Assembly: GCA_038886195.1 (NCBI GenBank)
Contig: JAVZYK010000001.1
Span: 80,339-144,338, forward strand
Direction: 5' to 3'
Length of the DNA stretch: 64,000 nucleotides
Origin: Candidatus Pacearchaeota archaeon
GTDB lineage: Archaea; Nanobdellota; Nanobdellia; Pacearchaeales; UBA284
Part shown: piece by piece, positions 47,397 through 57,368 of the stretch
Position numbering within the stretch: the first letter of the stretch is position 1
How the letters are laid out: each line of letters opens with the position of its first letter
Position numbers and translations under genes: made by a program
The notes under the pieces: generated by a model
The model's database searches: none
Told to the model about the DNA's origin: nothing
What the model saw: only the letters and a program-made list of their open reading frames with translations

Positions 47397-48092
47397 CTAA
47401 AAACAAGCCATAATTTTTCTAATGTTTGATTGTATCGTTTGTGTCAAAGCATAAGTATCAAAATCTTTTCCTCTTATAAAATCGTTTGGATTTATTTGTT
47501 TATCATAAATTATAATATACTCTTTTCTTTTTTTATTTATTTTCATTAATTCTACAGATGGAACAATTATTGAATTGAATCTTGTTTTATTTTTCTTTAA
47601 ATTGTTTTTTAATCTAATTTTATAAGCTAAAGCTAAACCTCTTTTTGCTATGAATTCTTCAGGATTGTCTGTATTAAAATTTCCAGAAACTGCTATTAAT
47701 ACATACCTTGGCTCATTTTTGTTTAGATCCTCGGTATCAATCACTTCTGCTATAGTTTCTAAATCTTTTTTAGCACATCTTGTCTCGTTACCTTCAATCC
47801 ATTTTCCATTTAACAATCTTATAAATGGTTCTAACCACCATCTTTTAAGATACCACCTGGGCATTTCTTTTTTTATTATTAAATAAAACTGTTCTTTCAA
47901 AGCAAGCCCTATCGGAATAGATCTTTCTATATTTGTATGCGTGGTTGCTATTACTATTCTATAACTATTGGGCACTTTTTCTAAGTTCTCTTTACCATAA
48001 GTTTTTATGTCTCCTAAAAATGAATATATGGGCGTAAGAACAAAATTAGATATAAAATTATAGAATCCTTTTTTAATGCTTTCATATGCCAT
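47397..48092 (-). CDS. hypothetical protein (possibly degenerate acyltransferase-like)
   Basis: 231 aa. No clear motif. A weak HxxxxE stretch (IATTHTNIE) gives only a vague resemblance to PlsC-type acyltransferases. Confidence 0.3.
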   Translation of the reverse strand: MAYESIKKGFYNFISNFVLTPIYSFLGDIKTYGKENLEKVPNSYRIVIATTHTNIERSIPIGLALKEQFYLIIKKEMPRWYLKRWWLEPFIRLLNGKWIEGNETRCAKKDLETIAEVIDTEDLNKNEPRYVLIAVSGNFNTDNPEEFIAKRGLALAYKIRLKNNLKKNKTRFNSIIVPSVELMKINKKRKEYIIIYDKQINPNDFIRGKDFDTYALTQTIQSNIRKIMACF

Positions 48093-48283
48093 TTTTCCTT
48101 TTTAAGCCATATAAATTTATAATTATTTTTGCTTTTAAATATATAAATAAAAAAAGAAAAAGATAAAAATAAAAAAGAAAAAACAAAGGGTTCAAATAAA
48201 ATAAAATAATTTTCCCTTGTTTTTTATTTGGCCTTTCGTTTTCTTCGGCTGGTCTCCGATTGGCTTTTTCGTGTTTGCCTTTT

Positions 48284-49651
48284 TTAGTAGTAGCTTTCAA
48301 GTTCTGGTTTTTCTTCAGTTGTTTTGTTTTGCTTTATCAATGTGATAACAAGTAAAACAATGATCACTACTGCAAGCACTATTCCTACTATCATTAAGAA
48401 AATTTTCCAATCAAATGCAGTTCCTGAAACATTGGCAGAGAAGTTATATTGCTTAGCTTCATTGCCATATTTAACACGAACTGTGAAAGGATAAATTCTT
48501 GATTCTGCATCTTTGTCAATCTCTAAGTTGATTGTAACAATCTTGCTTTCACCGTTGTTAAGTCTGAAAGTCGCAGGAACAACTGTTGCAGTTGCCCAAC
48601 CTTCTGTTCCCAAAACCTCGATTATGAAGTTTTCAGAAGTTTCTCCTATGTTGGTTATAAACAAACTGTAAGTTGCAGTTGAACCTTTGTTAGATTTAAC
48701 TTCTGTAATTTGAGGCATTATCTGGATGTTTCTTTCTAGTTGCTTTTCAACAACAATTGTTCTCGTTTCCTTGTCACTGACTTCAGTATTGTAAGCTTTT
48801 ATTTCAAGAGTGTAAGTTCCTTCAGTGTTTGGTAATGGAAGAGCTATTGTAACTTTTTCAGTATCTTCAACTTTACCATAACCATCGTAAGCTTCAATAT
48901 CACCAACATAGACATTTCTTGAAATGCCAAGTTCTGGTATGCTTACTTTGAGATAAACGTCTTCTGCTTTGTGATTGCCTCTGTTCTTAACAACAACATC
49001 AACGTATAAAGTGCTTCCAGCATTGAAAGTGCTGGTGCATTGGCCGCAGACACCTCTGTAATAGTTTTGATGGTCATACAAGTCAATGCTTAGGATGTCA
49101 AGAACATTGGCAATTCTTTGAACACTCATGTCTATCTTGGCTTCATCAACACCAGTTAACTCGTGGTTGCTTTCAATTTTGGCATACAAAGTGTAAAGAA
49201 CTCGAGCATCAATGTCATGAGGAATGTCTAAGACCAATGTCTTAGAGTAAAGATTTCCTCTGAAAACATCGAATTCAGTTGTTCTTGCTTCTATTTCCTC
49301 ACGATAACCATTAAGCCATACATGTAACTTAACATTGCTCAAGTCTTTGTTGCTTTTGAAAACAACCTTCACAGAAAGTTGTGAGTCTCTCTCTAGAGCT
49401 GGAGTTGAATACTGGTAAGTATAACATCTCCATCTCACAATGGTCGCTTCAGTTGTTGGAATTGTTGGATCGTAAGGAGGCCAAGAGTATTGATAGCAAA
49501 AACCATGCCATACAGCGTTACCTTCAACATAAACAGTCATTTCTTTTATATCTGGCATGCTAGGTTCTTGCCATGAATCTGCTAAAACAGTTGTAACTGC
49601 AAAAATTGCTACTAAGGCCATAACAAAAAACAAGCCAAGTTTGTTTTTCAT
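48284..49651 (-). CDS. secreted surface protein with C-terminal TM anchor (beta-rich, CARDB/DUF11-like repeats suspected)
   Basis: 455 aa. Sec signal peptide (MKNKLGLFFVMALVAIFAVTTVLA), beta-strand-rich middle, C-terminal TM IFLMIVGIVLAVVIIVLLVITLI plus a short tail. Confidence 0.6.
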   Translation of the reverse strand: MKNKLGLFFVMALVAIFAVTTVLADSWQEPSMPDIKEMTVYVEGNAVWHGFCYQYSWPPYDPTIPTTEATIVRWRCYTYQYSTPALERDSQLSVKVVFKSNKDLSNVKLHVWLNGYREEIEARTTEFDVFRGNLYSKTLVLDIPHDIDARVLYTLYAKIESNHELTGVDEAKIDMSVQRIANVLDILSIDLYDHQNYYRGVCGQCTSTFNAGSTLYVDVVVKNRGNHKAEDVYLKVSIPELGISRNVYVGDIEAYDGYGKVEDTEKVTIALPLPNTEGTYTLEIKAYNTEVSDKETRTIVVEKQLERNIQIMPQITEVKSNKGSTATYSLFITNIGETSENFIIEVLGTEGWATATVVPATFRLNNGESKIVTINLEIDKDAESRIYPFTVRVKYGNEAKQYNFSANVSGTAFDWKIFLMIVGIVLAVVIIVLLVITLIKQNKTTEEKPELESYY

Positions 49652-49889
49652 TTTGTTTTGTTTATTTTTAATTTAGTTATTTAAATTCAGCGATTTATCA
49701 CGATTAAGATCATTTAAATCGCCTAATTATTACTATTTTATAGTTAAAACACCTTTATAAACTTTTCGTTTTTCGGTTTTTTGATACTACTTATAAGAAA
49801 TTACATTATCTTAAAAAAAGAATGTAAAAAAATTTAAAATGTTTTATAAATCGACGATAAAAAGCGTTAGGATAAGTTGGTGGTAACAT

Positions 49890-50906
49890 TCATTTGAGCC
49901 ACTTAACATCAACATCATCAGTTCGCTCATAAGGCTTGATGTCCGCTTTGTCAGGCGAAATTGTTTGGCCCGCTTTAAACATAAGTATGCCTGTCCAAGC
50001 TATCATTGCAGCATTATCAACAAGAACATCATTAGGAGGCCAAAAGGCTTTAGCCCCTCGCTCTTTGCACATTATGCTTGCCATTTCCTGAAGCCTTTTA
50101 TTGCAAGCAACACCACCACCAAGCAACAGTTCATTTTTCTTGAGATGAGCCATGGCTCTTTCGCTTACTTCAATCAACATAGCAAAAGCATATTCTTGTA
50201 AAGAAAAAGCCAAATCCTCAAGCTTAAAACCTTTATCATATTTTTGTTTCAAGTTAGTAAGTAAGCCAGAAAAAGCAACATCCATGCCTTTAACAGTGTA
50301 AGGCAATTCTATCAGATTGTTGCTTTTGCTAGCCAATTCAGCAATTTTTGGGCCGCCTGGAAAGCCCAAACCAACATAGCGAGCAAAAGAATCAATAAAA
50401 TTTCCTATACCAATGTCAAGGGTTTCTCCAAAAATCCTATACTTTCCAGCAGCATAACTTATTATTTGTGTATTGGCGCCTGAACAATAAAGCAGTACAG
50501 GATCTTTGCATTTGCATAACTTTCTTCCTATTTCAAGATGAGCAATACAATGATTTACTGGCACGAGGGGCTTTTTTGTCTTTCGAGCCAGTTCTTTGGC
50601 AAGATACAAGCCTCTCAACAAGCATGGAGCCAAGCCAGGGCCTTGAGAATAAGCTATAATGTCTATATCGTTAAGCGATAAGCCGGCCTCATTCAGCGCC
50701 TGATTTAAAACCTTGTCCTTTACAGCATCGTGATGCTTGGCAGCTTCAACAGGAATTATGCCTCCTTTTTCTGTCGTGTATGTGTCTTTTACATTGCTCA
50801 AGATTTTGCAATCCGAATCAACAATAGCCACACCGAATGTGTGAGCAGTGGCTTCGATGCCCAAACATAATAATTTTTTCACCATCTTATTTTCTCTTTT
50901 TTTCAT
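49890..50906 (-). CDS. kae1: tRNA N6-adenosine threonylcarbamoyltransferase Kae1 (KEOPS catalytic subunit)
   Basis: 338 aa. LCLGIEATAHTFGVAIV N-terminal ASKHA motif, metal-binding HxxxH region (HCIAHLEIG), GGGVACN. An alternative start is at the second Met (50885). Confidence 0.85.
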   Translation of the reverse strand: MKKRENKMVKKLLCLGIEATAHTFGVAIVDSDCKILSNVKDTYTTEKGGIIPVEAAKHHDAVKDKVLNQALNEAGLSLNDIDIIAYSQGPGLAPCLLRGLYLAKELARKTKKPLVPVNHCIAHLEIGRKLCKCKDPVLLYCSGANTQIISYAAGKYRIFGETLDIGIGNFIDSFARYVGLGFPGGPKIAELASKSNNLIELPYTVKGMDVAFSGLLTNLKQKYDKGFKLEDLAFSLQEYAFAMLIEVSERAMAHLKKNELLLGGGVACNKRLQEMASIMCKERGAKAFWPPNDVLVDNAAMIAWTGILMFKAGQTISPDKADIKPYERTDDVDVKWLK

Positions 50907-51082
50907 GAATAATTCAGCAAGAAGGGATTTTTATATTTTTATAATAAAAAGAAAGAGGCTTTTAGCGCCCAAAATCTCTCATATGACTGGAGCAATTGTT
51001 GGTCCAATTGGAGAAATAGTTTGTATAAGGAATAAAAACAATTTTAGAAGACCAATTAAAACAGAAAAAAACGATTCTTGTT

Positions 51083-51418
51083 TTGGGAGCACAAGGAAAG
51101 TTTAAAAAACTTTTTGAATATTATTGGGAGCAATGGAACAGAAGAAGAGAAAAATTAAAGATACCAATTAAGGTAATCTATAATGCAAGTCTAAAAGAAG
51201 AAAAACTTAAGCAAAAAGAAATTTTTAAATTGAAACTTGCTACTATTAAATTTTTGACAAAAGATTTTGATTTTCCGTCTACTATAAATATATGGCATGA
51301 CAAGGTTGCTACAATTTTATGGACAGAACAACCACTTGCCTTTGTGTTTGAAAGTAAGGAAGCTACAAAAAGTTATACAATTTTTTTTGAACTTCTATGG
51401 AATTTAGCAGAATTTTGA
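51083..51418 (+). pseudogene. possible remnant of a TrmB-family C-terminal domain (ORF with no ATG anywhere)
   Basis: The 111-aa frame starts with TTG and contains no internal Met. Its tail (INIWHDKVATILWTEQPLAFVFESKEATKSYTIFFELLW) loosely resembles the C-terminal domains of the two TrmB paralogs (…AVWINSPFF…F…W). It sits in an unusually gene-poor stretch. Confidence 0.25.
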
Positions 51419-51647
51419 ATTTTTTTGGCTTTATAATTTTAATGATTTTACATTTTTTATGCGTGTGGAACCAAGATTACTCCTATTTCGTTACGTCCCG
51501 TCGGCTCTCGCCTTCAACTCTCGGTCTTCGCTAACGCTCAGAGGACTTAACAACGATACTCAGAGTCTTTCAAACTTCCTAGATACAAAACTCTTATATT
51601 CATATTTTCATAAAAATTAGAAACTCTGCTTTGAAAAAGAAATAAAT

Positions 51648-52652
51648 CTATTTGAGATACATCATATCAAATTTTGCTTGTTTGCCCTTTATTGTTAAGA
51701 TTCCTGCCATTCCATTATAAATTTTTCCATCTAAGTTTTGCCATATCTCGAGTGTACCAAAATTAGCAGTAAATTGCTTTGCCCATTCTCCTTGTTTAAT
51801 TAGTTTTCCATCATATGTTGCAGCATATCCGCCAGCTTCGTGAATATGTCCGACAACTGCAAACGGAATATTATTTTCTCTCATCATTTCAGTTGTAGTT
51901 ACATCACCAACATCATTTCCAGAATAAATAGTTGCAGGACCTGCTCTTCCATCGGTTTTAGTTTTGCCTGCACCATGAGCAATTAACACGACTGCATCAT
52001 CCAATCCTTCACGAAATTTTCCTGTTGCTCTAATGAAATCAGGTTTTGCCCAATAGCCATCATCTGGAATAAGTTGCCTTCCAGGAATTTTAAATGTTTG
52101 ATAACCAGGCAGACTTACAAAATCAACATCATCTCCATCAAAAACTCTAAACTGCGTCATATCAATGACATTTTTATATTTTGCAGTTACTTCAGCAAGA
52201 GCCGATTCATAATCTTTTTTTCTTTCATGATTTCCAGGAATTACAAATACAGGCAAACCAGTTTCAGCAACTACTTCCAAAACTTGTTTTATTTTATCTT
52301 TATCTGAGTTAGAATCTCTTTGACCATATCTTATTGTTTCATTAATTGCCAAATCTCCAGGCATAATAATTCCATCTACTCCCATTTCCTTGAATTTTTG
52401 TGCAAACGCTCTTGCTTTCTCGACCTCTCCATGAGCATCAGAAATAACACCATATCTTGCTTCATTATCCTCATCAGAATTTAATTGAGAAACCTTATTT
52501 CCATCAAATCTGTATTCCCCCCCATTGATTGTTCTGACTATTGGAGTTGTCTGACTTACCTTAGACTCTAAATCATTTTTACCTTTACATCCAACCACGC
52601 CTAAAGCAAGAGTTCCTAGTAGTCCATATAATATTAAATTTTTACATTTCAT
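51648..52652 (-). CDS. calcineurin-like metallophosphoesterase with lipoprotein-type signal peptide
   Basis: 334 aa. The N-terminal MKCKNLILYGLLGTLALGVVGC has a lipobox (VVGC). GDLAI, GNHE and VVGHIHE metallophosphatase motifs. Confidence 0.7.
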   Translation of the reverse strand: MKCKNLILYGLLGTLALGVVGCKGKNDLESKVSQTTPIVRTINGGEYRFDGNKVSQLNSDEDNEARYGVISDAHGEVEKARAFAQKFKEMGVDGIIMPGDLAINETIRYGQRDSNSDKDKIKQVLEVVAETGLPVFVIPGNHERKKDYESALAEVTAKYKNVIDMTQFRVFDGDDVDFVSLPGYQTFKIPGRQLIPDDGYWAKPDFIRATGKFREGLDDAVVLIAHGAGKTKTDGRAGPATIYSGNDVGDVTTTEMMRENNIPFAVVGHIHEAGGYAATYDGKLIKQGEWAKQFTANFGTLEIWQNLDGKIYNGMAGILTIKGKQAKFDMMYLK

Positions 52653-53123
52653 AACATGACTAAAGAGGCATTTACTTATAAAGCTTTCGGTAGATTTACT
52701 ACTAAATAATTACTATGATAAAAACTACTGCCCCCCAACTTTTTAGTCCTTCGGACATTTTGTCTGCTTCGCAGTTATTCTATAAACCGACGATAATCCA
52801 AAATATTATCTTTAACTCTAAAATTTTGCCTTTGGCATCGTTACACTAAAGATTAGGTCTTCCCTTTCGTCAGACGCGTACAATATTATGAGCCAAGAAG
52901 AAACATTGATTTAGAAGAAGTCTGAATTTTGTTCTTAAAAAATATAAGAAAAGATTAGAGGAAGATTCCTAAAGAATTTGCGGGATTTGAAGCTTTCTTA
53001 AATTTTTTGATGATCTAATTTTTCTTTTTCATAAACTTCAAACTCTCGAAAAAATCTGTTATTTCAGTTCCTGGATACTCCGACCAGCCTATCCCCCCAT
53101 TTTTTCAACAAATTTAAATATAA

Positions 53124-53708
53124 ATGAATTCTAACGAATTTATGCTTGAACCATTAATTGTTACTTTCGCATTAGTACTAATTTCAGAGATTGCCGATAA
53201 ATCCCAATTAGTAATCCTTGGGCTGGCGTTGAAATACAAATCCCCTCTTAAGATTTTTCTTATCGGATTATCTGCTCAGGTTTCAATGGATTTGCTTGCT
53301 ATTCTTGCTGGCGCTTTTTTTAGTTTTTATTTGCCATTCAACCTGATTAAGATATTGATTGCTATTTTGTTTATTCTTTTTGGGCTATGGATTTTCGCTC
53401 AGCCATATTTCATCAAAGCCAAAAACGGCGGTAAAAAACTTTCAACTAAAATGCCCTTAGCAAGCTTATTTCTAACTGTTTTTCTTAGTGAATTTGGGGA
53501 TAAAACACAGATAACATCGGGCTTATTGACTGCCAAATACCAATCTCCTGTTCTTGTCCTAATAGGATTGACTTCAGCTCTTGCAGTAGTGATTGCGATA
53601 TATGTTTTAATAGGTACAAAACTTGCTGAAAAAATCCCAAGCAAGGCGATAAACGTAGTTACATCTGTTCTATTTATTCTGTTTGGTTTATTCAGTTTGT
53701 TAAGTTAA
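53124..53708 (+). CDS. UPF0016/GDT1-family membrane protein (putative Mn2+/Ca2+:H+ transporter)
   Basis: 194 aa, 6 TM. Two copies of the family signature E-x-[GA]-D-K-[ST] (SEIADKSQ and SEFGDKTQ). Confidence 0.7.
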   Translation: MNSNEFMLEPLIVTFALVLISEIADKSQLVILGLALKYKSPLKIFLIGLSAQVSMDLLAILAGAFFSFYLPFNLIKILIAILFILFGLWIFAQPYFIKAKNGGKKLSTKMPLASLFLTVFLSEFGDKTQITSGLLTAKYQSPVLVLIGLTSALAVVIAIYVLIGTKLAEKIPSKAINVVTSVLFILFGLFSLLS

Positions 53709-53836
53709 TTGCTAACGCTCCTCCCTTGACTACATTCCCTGAAAAGATATATTTTTAAATCCTTTAAAATAATTTGAAATATGAAAGAGTTACAAAAACG
53801 AATCAAAGAATTTTGTAAGTTTCGCTGGCTCCGAAA

Positions 53837-54076
53837 ATGATAGTTAATAAATCTCAATTTTCTATGTGCAAACGCTGTGAATTTGATGCCAAATGTTGTA
53901 AAATTGTGCCTCCCATGATTTTTGAATTTGAACGAATAAATTTTCAAAATCACATAATTTTTGATAAATTTAAAGGTAAACAAATTCCTTTATTAAAAAA
54001 ACATGGCAAGACTTGCATTTTTTTGAAAAATAATAAATGTCAGATTTATAAAAAAAAAGACCATTTAATTGTATAA
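53837..54076 (+). CDS. YkgJ/UPF0153-like Cys-cluster protein fragment (possibly frameshifted; continues in 54181..54423)
   Basis: 79 aa with CKRCEFDAKCCK and C...CQIY motifs like the CxxCxxCC family, but truncated. A second ORF of 80 aa follows in another frame after a 100-nt gap. Confidence 0.25.
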   Translation: MIVNKSQFSMCKRCEFDAKCCKIVPPMIFEFERINFQNHIIFDKFKGKQIPLLKKHGKTCIFLKNNKCQIYKKKDHLIV

Positions 54077-54468
54077 TATTTCCTTTTGATATTAGAAAAA
54101 TTAAAGGAAAACTATATTCTAAAGTAAAATCCATTACATCCATTACGACAGTTGAAAAGTTTAAAGAAGTTATTGAGAAAATGAGAAAATGTGACAAAAT
54201 ATATGGCAAAGTTATAATATCTGATTTTTATGACTTGCCGGAAAACCAAAAATTTGATTGTATAATTGGAGATATTTGGCCAGATATAGATGCAAGATTT
54301 TTAAAAGATTATGTAAAATTTAAAAATAAAGCTCAAAAACTTCTAAAAAAGAACGGTAAAATTTTGGCTTGGGGTAAAGACTATTTTGAATTTTTATTGA
54401 AGAAGAGAAAGCTAGCTTATTAATTCCTAATAAATTTCTAGTGTGTGCGCCCAAGACAAGATTATATT

Positions 54469-55125
54469 TTATCGGCTTCTTTTCACTCCAACTTTTTTAC
54501 AATAACGCGCTATAGGGCATTTGCTGCACAGGGGTGAGATTGGCTTACATATAGTTTTGCCGAACAAGACAAAGATAGCATTAAACTCTCGCCAGTAACG
54601 TTTTGGCAAGATTGACTCGAGAGCTTTTTCTGTTTGTTCTGGTGTTTTTGTTTTGACCCAGCCAAGGCGATTAGGAATTCTGTGGCAATGGGTGTCTATA
54701 GGCAATACATTCTGACAAAAAGCAAATGATAAAACTATGTTTGCTGTCTTAGGACCGATGCCTTTTATTGATAGCAATTCTTGTTTGTTGTTTGGGACTT
54801 TTCCTTTGTATTTTTCAAGTAAGACTTTTGAAACATACTTGAGTGTGCGGGCTTTCTTTTTATAATGGCCAGAACTATAGATAAGCTTTTCTAATTTCTT
54901 AAGAGGCATGTTCGCTATAGCTTCTGGAGTAACAGCAACTGCAAATAATTGTTTTGAAACTTTTTCAGTGTTTTTGTCTTGGGTTCTGAGCGAGAGAAGG
55001 CAAGAAATAAGAATTTTGAAAGGATCTTCTTTTTGGCAGCGCATCCTGTTGAGAGTGGTTTTCTCGCTGTAGTTAAAATATCTTGCAAGAATGTTCATTA
55101 CCTTATCGATATTTTTTGTTTTCAT
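54469..55125 (-). CDS. nth: endonuclease III (HhH-GPD DNA glycosylase with 4Fe-4S cluster)
   Basis: The track start at 55143 is a TTG. ATG at 55125 (MKTKNIDKV...). HhH motif LLSIKGIGPKTANIVL, catalytic D (PIDTHCHRI), C-terminal CKPISPLCSKCPIARYC cluster ligands. Confidence 0.8.
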   Translation of the reverse strand: MKTKNIDKVMNILARYFNYSEKTTLNRMRCQKEDPFKILISCLLSLRTQDKNTEKVSKQLFAVAVTPEAIANMPLKKLEKLIYSSGHYKKKARTLKYVSKVLLEKYKGKVPNNKQELLSIKGIGPKTANIVLSFAFCQNVLPIDTHCHRIPNRLGWVKTKTPEQTEKALESILPKRYWREFNAIFVLFGKTICKPISPLCSKCPIARYCKKVGVKRSR

Positions 55126-55209
55126 GTTTGTTATAAATATCAATTAGATTTAAAAAATTTTAGAATAAAATAAAAAGAAAAAAGAAAGAACAGAAAAAGA
55201 TATGAGTTT

Positions 55210-55335
55210 TTACTTCTTTTTCTTTTTTCGTCCGCCACGAGCCATCTTTGCTTCACAGACATTACCTTTTGCATCTACATAGTATAAGTATCCTGGTTTT
55301 CTCTTCACTGCATTCTTTATAAGGACTTTTCCCAT
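55210..55335 (-). CDS. 41-aa basic small protein with strong Shine-Dalgarno, unknown function
   Basis: Absent from the track. AAGGAGGTAAAA lies 5 nt upstream of the ATG. Translates to MGKVLIKNAVKRKPGYLYYVDAKGNVCEAKMARGGRKKKKK. Looks like a genuine small gene but I could not place the family. Confidence 0.4.
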   Translation of the reverse strand: MGKVLIKNAVKRKPGYLYYVDAKGNVCEAKMARGGRKKKKK

Positions 55336-55415
55336 TTGTTTTACCTCCTTTTAATTTAGTAGGCTAATTATAACCTTAGCCTTTTTAATTTAAATTTTAA
55401 AAGACAAGGTTATAT

Positions 55416-55832
55416 TTAAATGTTTTGTTCGACGATATTTTTACTTTCTAGCGACGAATTTGAAAGCTTTTTGAACTTGTTATAAAGTTTGTCTATCTTG
55501 GCTCTTGTCACGACATTATGATGTAAAAAGCCACCACCAAAAGTTTTAGGAATGTGTAAGAGCTCATGGATAAGAGTCTTGATTTGCTCTTCTTCTTTTT
55601 GCTTGTCATAAGTTTCAGAAATAACTTCAATAACATAAGCAGGCTCCATTGCTAAAACTTGTTGCATTATCTTTGGTAAAGCATGGCATCGGGCAATAAT
55701 TCCTTTTGAATTTGAACCATAGCTCCTTACACAATAAACTCGTTCTGGATTGATGTGATTCAATTCAAGAACTTTAACAATTAACTCAATTCTTTTCTTT
55801 ATGTCTGGTGCGTCTTGATATTTTATTACCAT
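55416..55832 (-). CDS. predicted zinc metallopeptidase (HExxH)
   Basis: 138 aa. HELLHIPKTFGGGFLHH contains an HExxH plus a third His, resembling the small archaeal predicted-metallopeptidase / SprT-WLM-like fold. Confidence 0.4.
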   Translation of the reverse strand: MVIKYQDAPDIKKRIELIVKVLELNHINPERVYCVRSYGSNSKGIIARCHALPKIMQQVLAMEPAYVIEVISETYDKQKEEEQIKTLIHELLHIPKTFGGGFLHHNVVTRAKIDKLYNKFKKLSNSSLESKNIVEQNI

Positions 55833-55844
55833 TTTTTATAATGT

Positions 55845-56054
55845 TTATCTTATTTCTATAATTTTTTCTTTTGAGCTTAGGCCTTTTACTATTCTTATTT
55901 GAGAGCTTGAAACTTTATAATGTTTTGCTAATGTTTTGATTAACTCGATATTGGCTTTATTTTTCTCTGCCGGCGCCTTTATATAAGCAATATTTTCTTT
56001 TTCTACAAATTTGCTTTCAGGAGAATTGGGTTTTATTTTCAATTTTAACAACAT
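55845..56054 (-). CDS. DUF167/YggU-family small protein
   Basis: 69 aa. [14 protein letters not shown]...[44 protein letters not shown] matches the UPF0235/YggU pattern. Confidence 0.5.
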   Translation of the reverse strand: MLLKLKIKPNSPESKFVEKENIAYIKAPAEKNKANIELIKTLAKHYKVSSSQIRIVKGLSSKEKIIEIR

Positions 56055-56114
56055 ATTTCGATAAAGAGAAAAACATTTATAAAGTTAGTTGTGAACTTTA
56101 ATCTATTGTTTAAA

Positions 56115-56537
56115 ATGGGATTGATGAGTGCAAGAAAGTTGAAAAAGAAGCGCAAGAAGGCGCGCTGGGCTGATTGGAACTATAGAAAAAGAATGTTGCG
56201 TTTAAAAGAAAAGAGCGATCCTCTTGAAGGTGCAAGTCAAGCAAGAGGAATTGTTTTAGAAAAAGTTCAATTTGAAGCAAAACAGCCCAACTCTGCAATG
56301 CGTAAATGTGTTAGAGTTCAGCTCATCAAAAATAACAAACAAGTTACTGCTTTTATTCCAGGAAATCTTGCTCAAAGATTTATTGATGAACATGACGAGG
56401 TTATTATAGAGTCGATTGGTGGCAAACAAGGTCGTGCTAAGGGCGACATTCCTTGTGTTAGATATCAAGTTATAAAAGTCAATGATCAGCCATTACAAAT
56501 GCTTGTAAAAGGCAAGATTGAAAAGGGAAGAAGATAA
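56115..56537 (+). CDS. rps12: ribosomal protein S12 (uS12)
   Basis: The track start at 56091 is a GTG. ATG at 56115 or 56124. [59 protein letters not shown] is canonical archaeal S12. Confidence 0.9.
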   Translation: MGLMSARKLKKKRKKARWADWNYRKRMLRLKEKSDPLEGASQARGIVLEKVQFEAKQPNSAMRKCVRVQLIKNNKQVTAFIPGNLAQRFIDEHDEVIIESIGGKQGRAKGDIPCVRYQVIKVNDQPLQMLVKGKIEKGRR

Positions 56538-56539
56538 AA

Positions 56540-56758
56540 ATGGATGTAAGAAAATTTTTTAAAGATTTTATTGATACAGAAAAAAATTTGTGTGAAGCTC
56601 AAGGAATAACTGAAATTTTAAAACAGGAATATGGAATTCAATTTGGTAAAGGTTATGTTTTTTATTTATTAAGATCAATAGAGAATAAGAGAGTTATGCA
56701 TAATGAAGCTGAAGACTCTTTTTTAGTGTTAAAATGTAAGGAGGAGTTTGGTGAATAA
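56540..56758 (+). CDS. hypothetical 72-aa protein inserted between rps12 and rps7
   Basis: Its start is 3 nt after the S12 stop and its stop is 2 nt before the S7 ATG. No motif recognised. Confidence 0.4.
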   Translation: MDVRKFFKDFIDTEKNLCEAQGITEILKQEYGIQFGKGYVFYLLRSIENKRVMHNEAEDSFLVLKCKEEFGE

Positions 56759-56759
56759 A

Positions 56760-57344
56760 ATGAAAATTTTTGGCATTTATGATGTTTCTGAAGTAAAAGT
56801 CGAAGATCCTGGATTAAAAAGATATATTAATCTAGACGCCAAGTTATTACCGAAAACAAAAGGAAAAGCTAGAGAAAAATTCGGAAAAAGTAAAGTGAAT
56901 ATTGTTGAAAGACTGATTAATGTTTTAGCGACACCAGGGCATAGAGGCAAAAAACACAAAATCATAACTAGAGTTTCTGGCAAATATTCACAAGAAGCAA
57001 AAGTTGTTTTAAAAGCATTTGAAATAATTAAAGAAAAAACACAACAAAATCCAATACAAGTTTTAGTAAAAGCAATTGAGAACGCAGCTCCTAGAGATGA
57101 AATAACTACAATAGAATATGGAGGTGCTCGTTATCCTCAGGCTGTTGATGTTTCTCCTTTACGGAGAGTCAATCTAGCCTTGCATAATATAGTTCATGGA
57201 GCTCATGATAAAGCTTTTGATTCCAAGAAAAAGCTTCCAGAAACTTTGGCTAATGAAATAATACTTGCAAGTCAAAACAATAGCGAGAGTTTTGCTATAA
57301 CCAAAAAAATAGAAATGGAAAAACAAGCAGACTCTGCAAGATAA
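56760..57344 (+). CDS. rps7: ribosomal protein S7 (uS7)
   Basis: The track start at 56748 is a TTG. ATG at 56760 with GGAGG 14 nt upstream. MKIFGIYDVSEVKVEDPGLKRYINL... and ...IEYGGARYPQAVDVSPLRRVNLAL match archaeal S7. Confidence 0.9.
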   Translation: MKIFGIYDVSEVKVEDPGLKRYINLDAKLLPKTKGKAREKFGKSKVNIVERLINVLATPGHRGKKHKIITRVSGKYSQEAKVVLKAFEIIKEKTQQNPIQVLVKAIENAAPRDEITTIEYGGARYPQAVDVSPLRRVNLALHNIVHGAHDKAFDSKKKLPETLANEIILASQNNSESFAITKKIEMEKQADSAR

Positions 57345-57368
57345 TTTGTGAAAATTAAAAAGTTAAAA

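Noticed and set aside
48082-48300. 72-aa ORF (MKATTKKGKHEKANRRPAEENERPNKK...)
   Set aside because: Lies in the AT-rich spacer/terminator between two genes. The second half is a poly-F/L low-complexity run, and it overlaps the 3' end of the surface-protein gene.
52745-52790. Small hairpins with UUCG-type loops (GTCCTTCGGAC, CTGCTTCGCAG) in the 470-nt spacer
   Set aside because: Stems of only 3-4 bp, no recognisable Rfam-like conserved sequence (for example the RNase P GGAAAGUCC box or SRP motifs). Kept only as part of the broader suggestion to scan this spacer for ncRNA.
49843-52797. 16/17-nt match TATAAATCGACGATAA (49843) vs TATAAACCGACGATAA (52781), looked at as possible direct repeats flanking an insertion
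   Set aside because: The segment in between includes the core gene kae1, so an insertion boundary is implausible. The shared part contains a TATA-box-like core and a short chance match.
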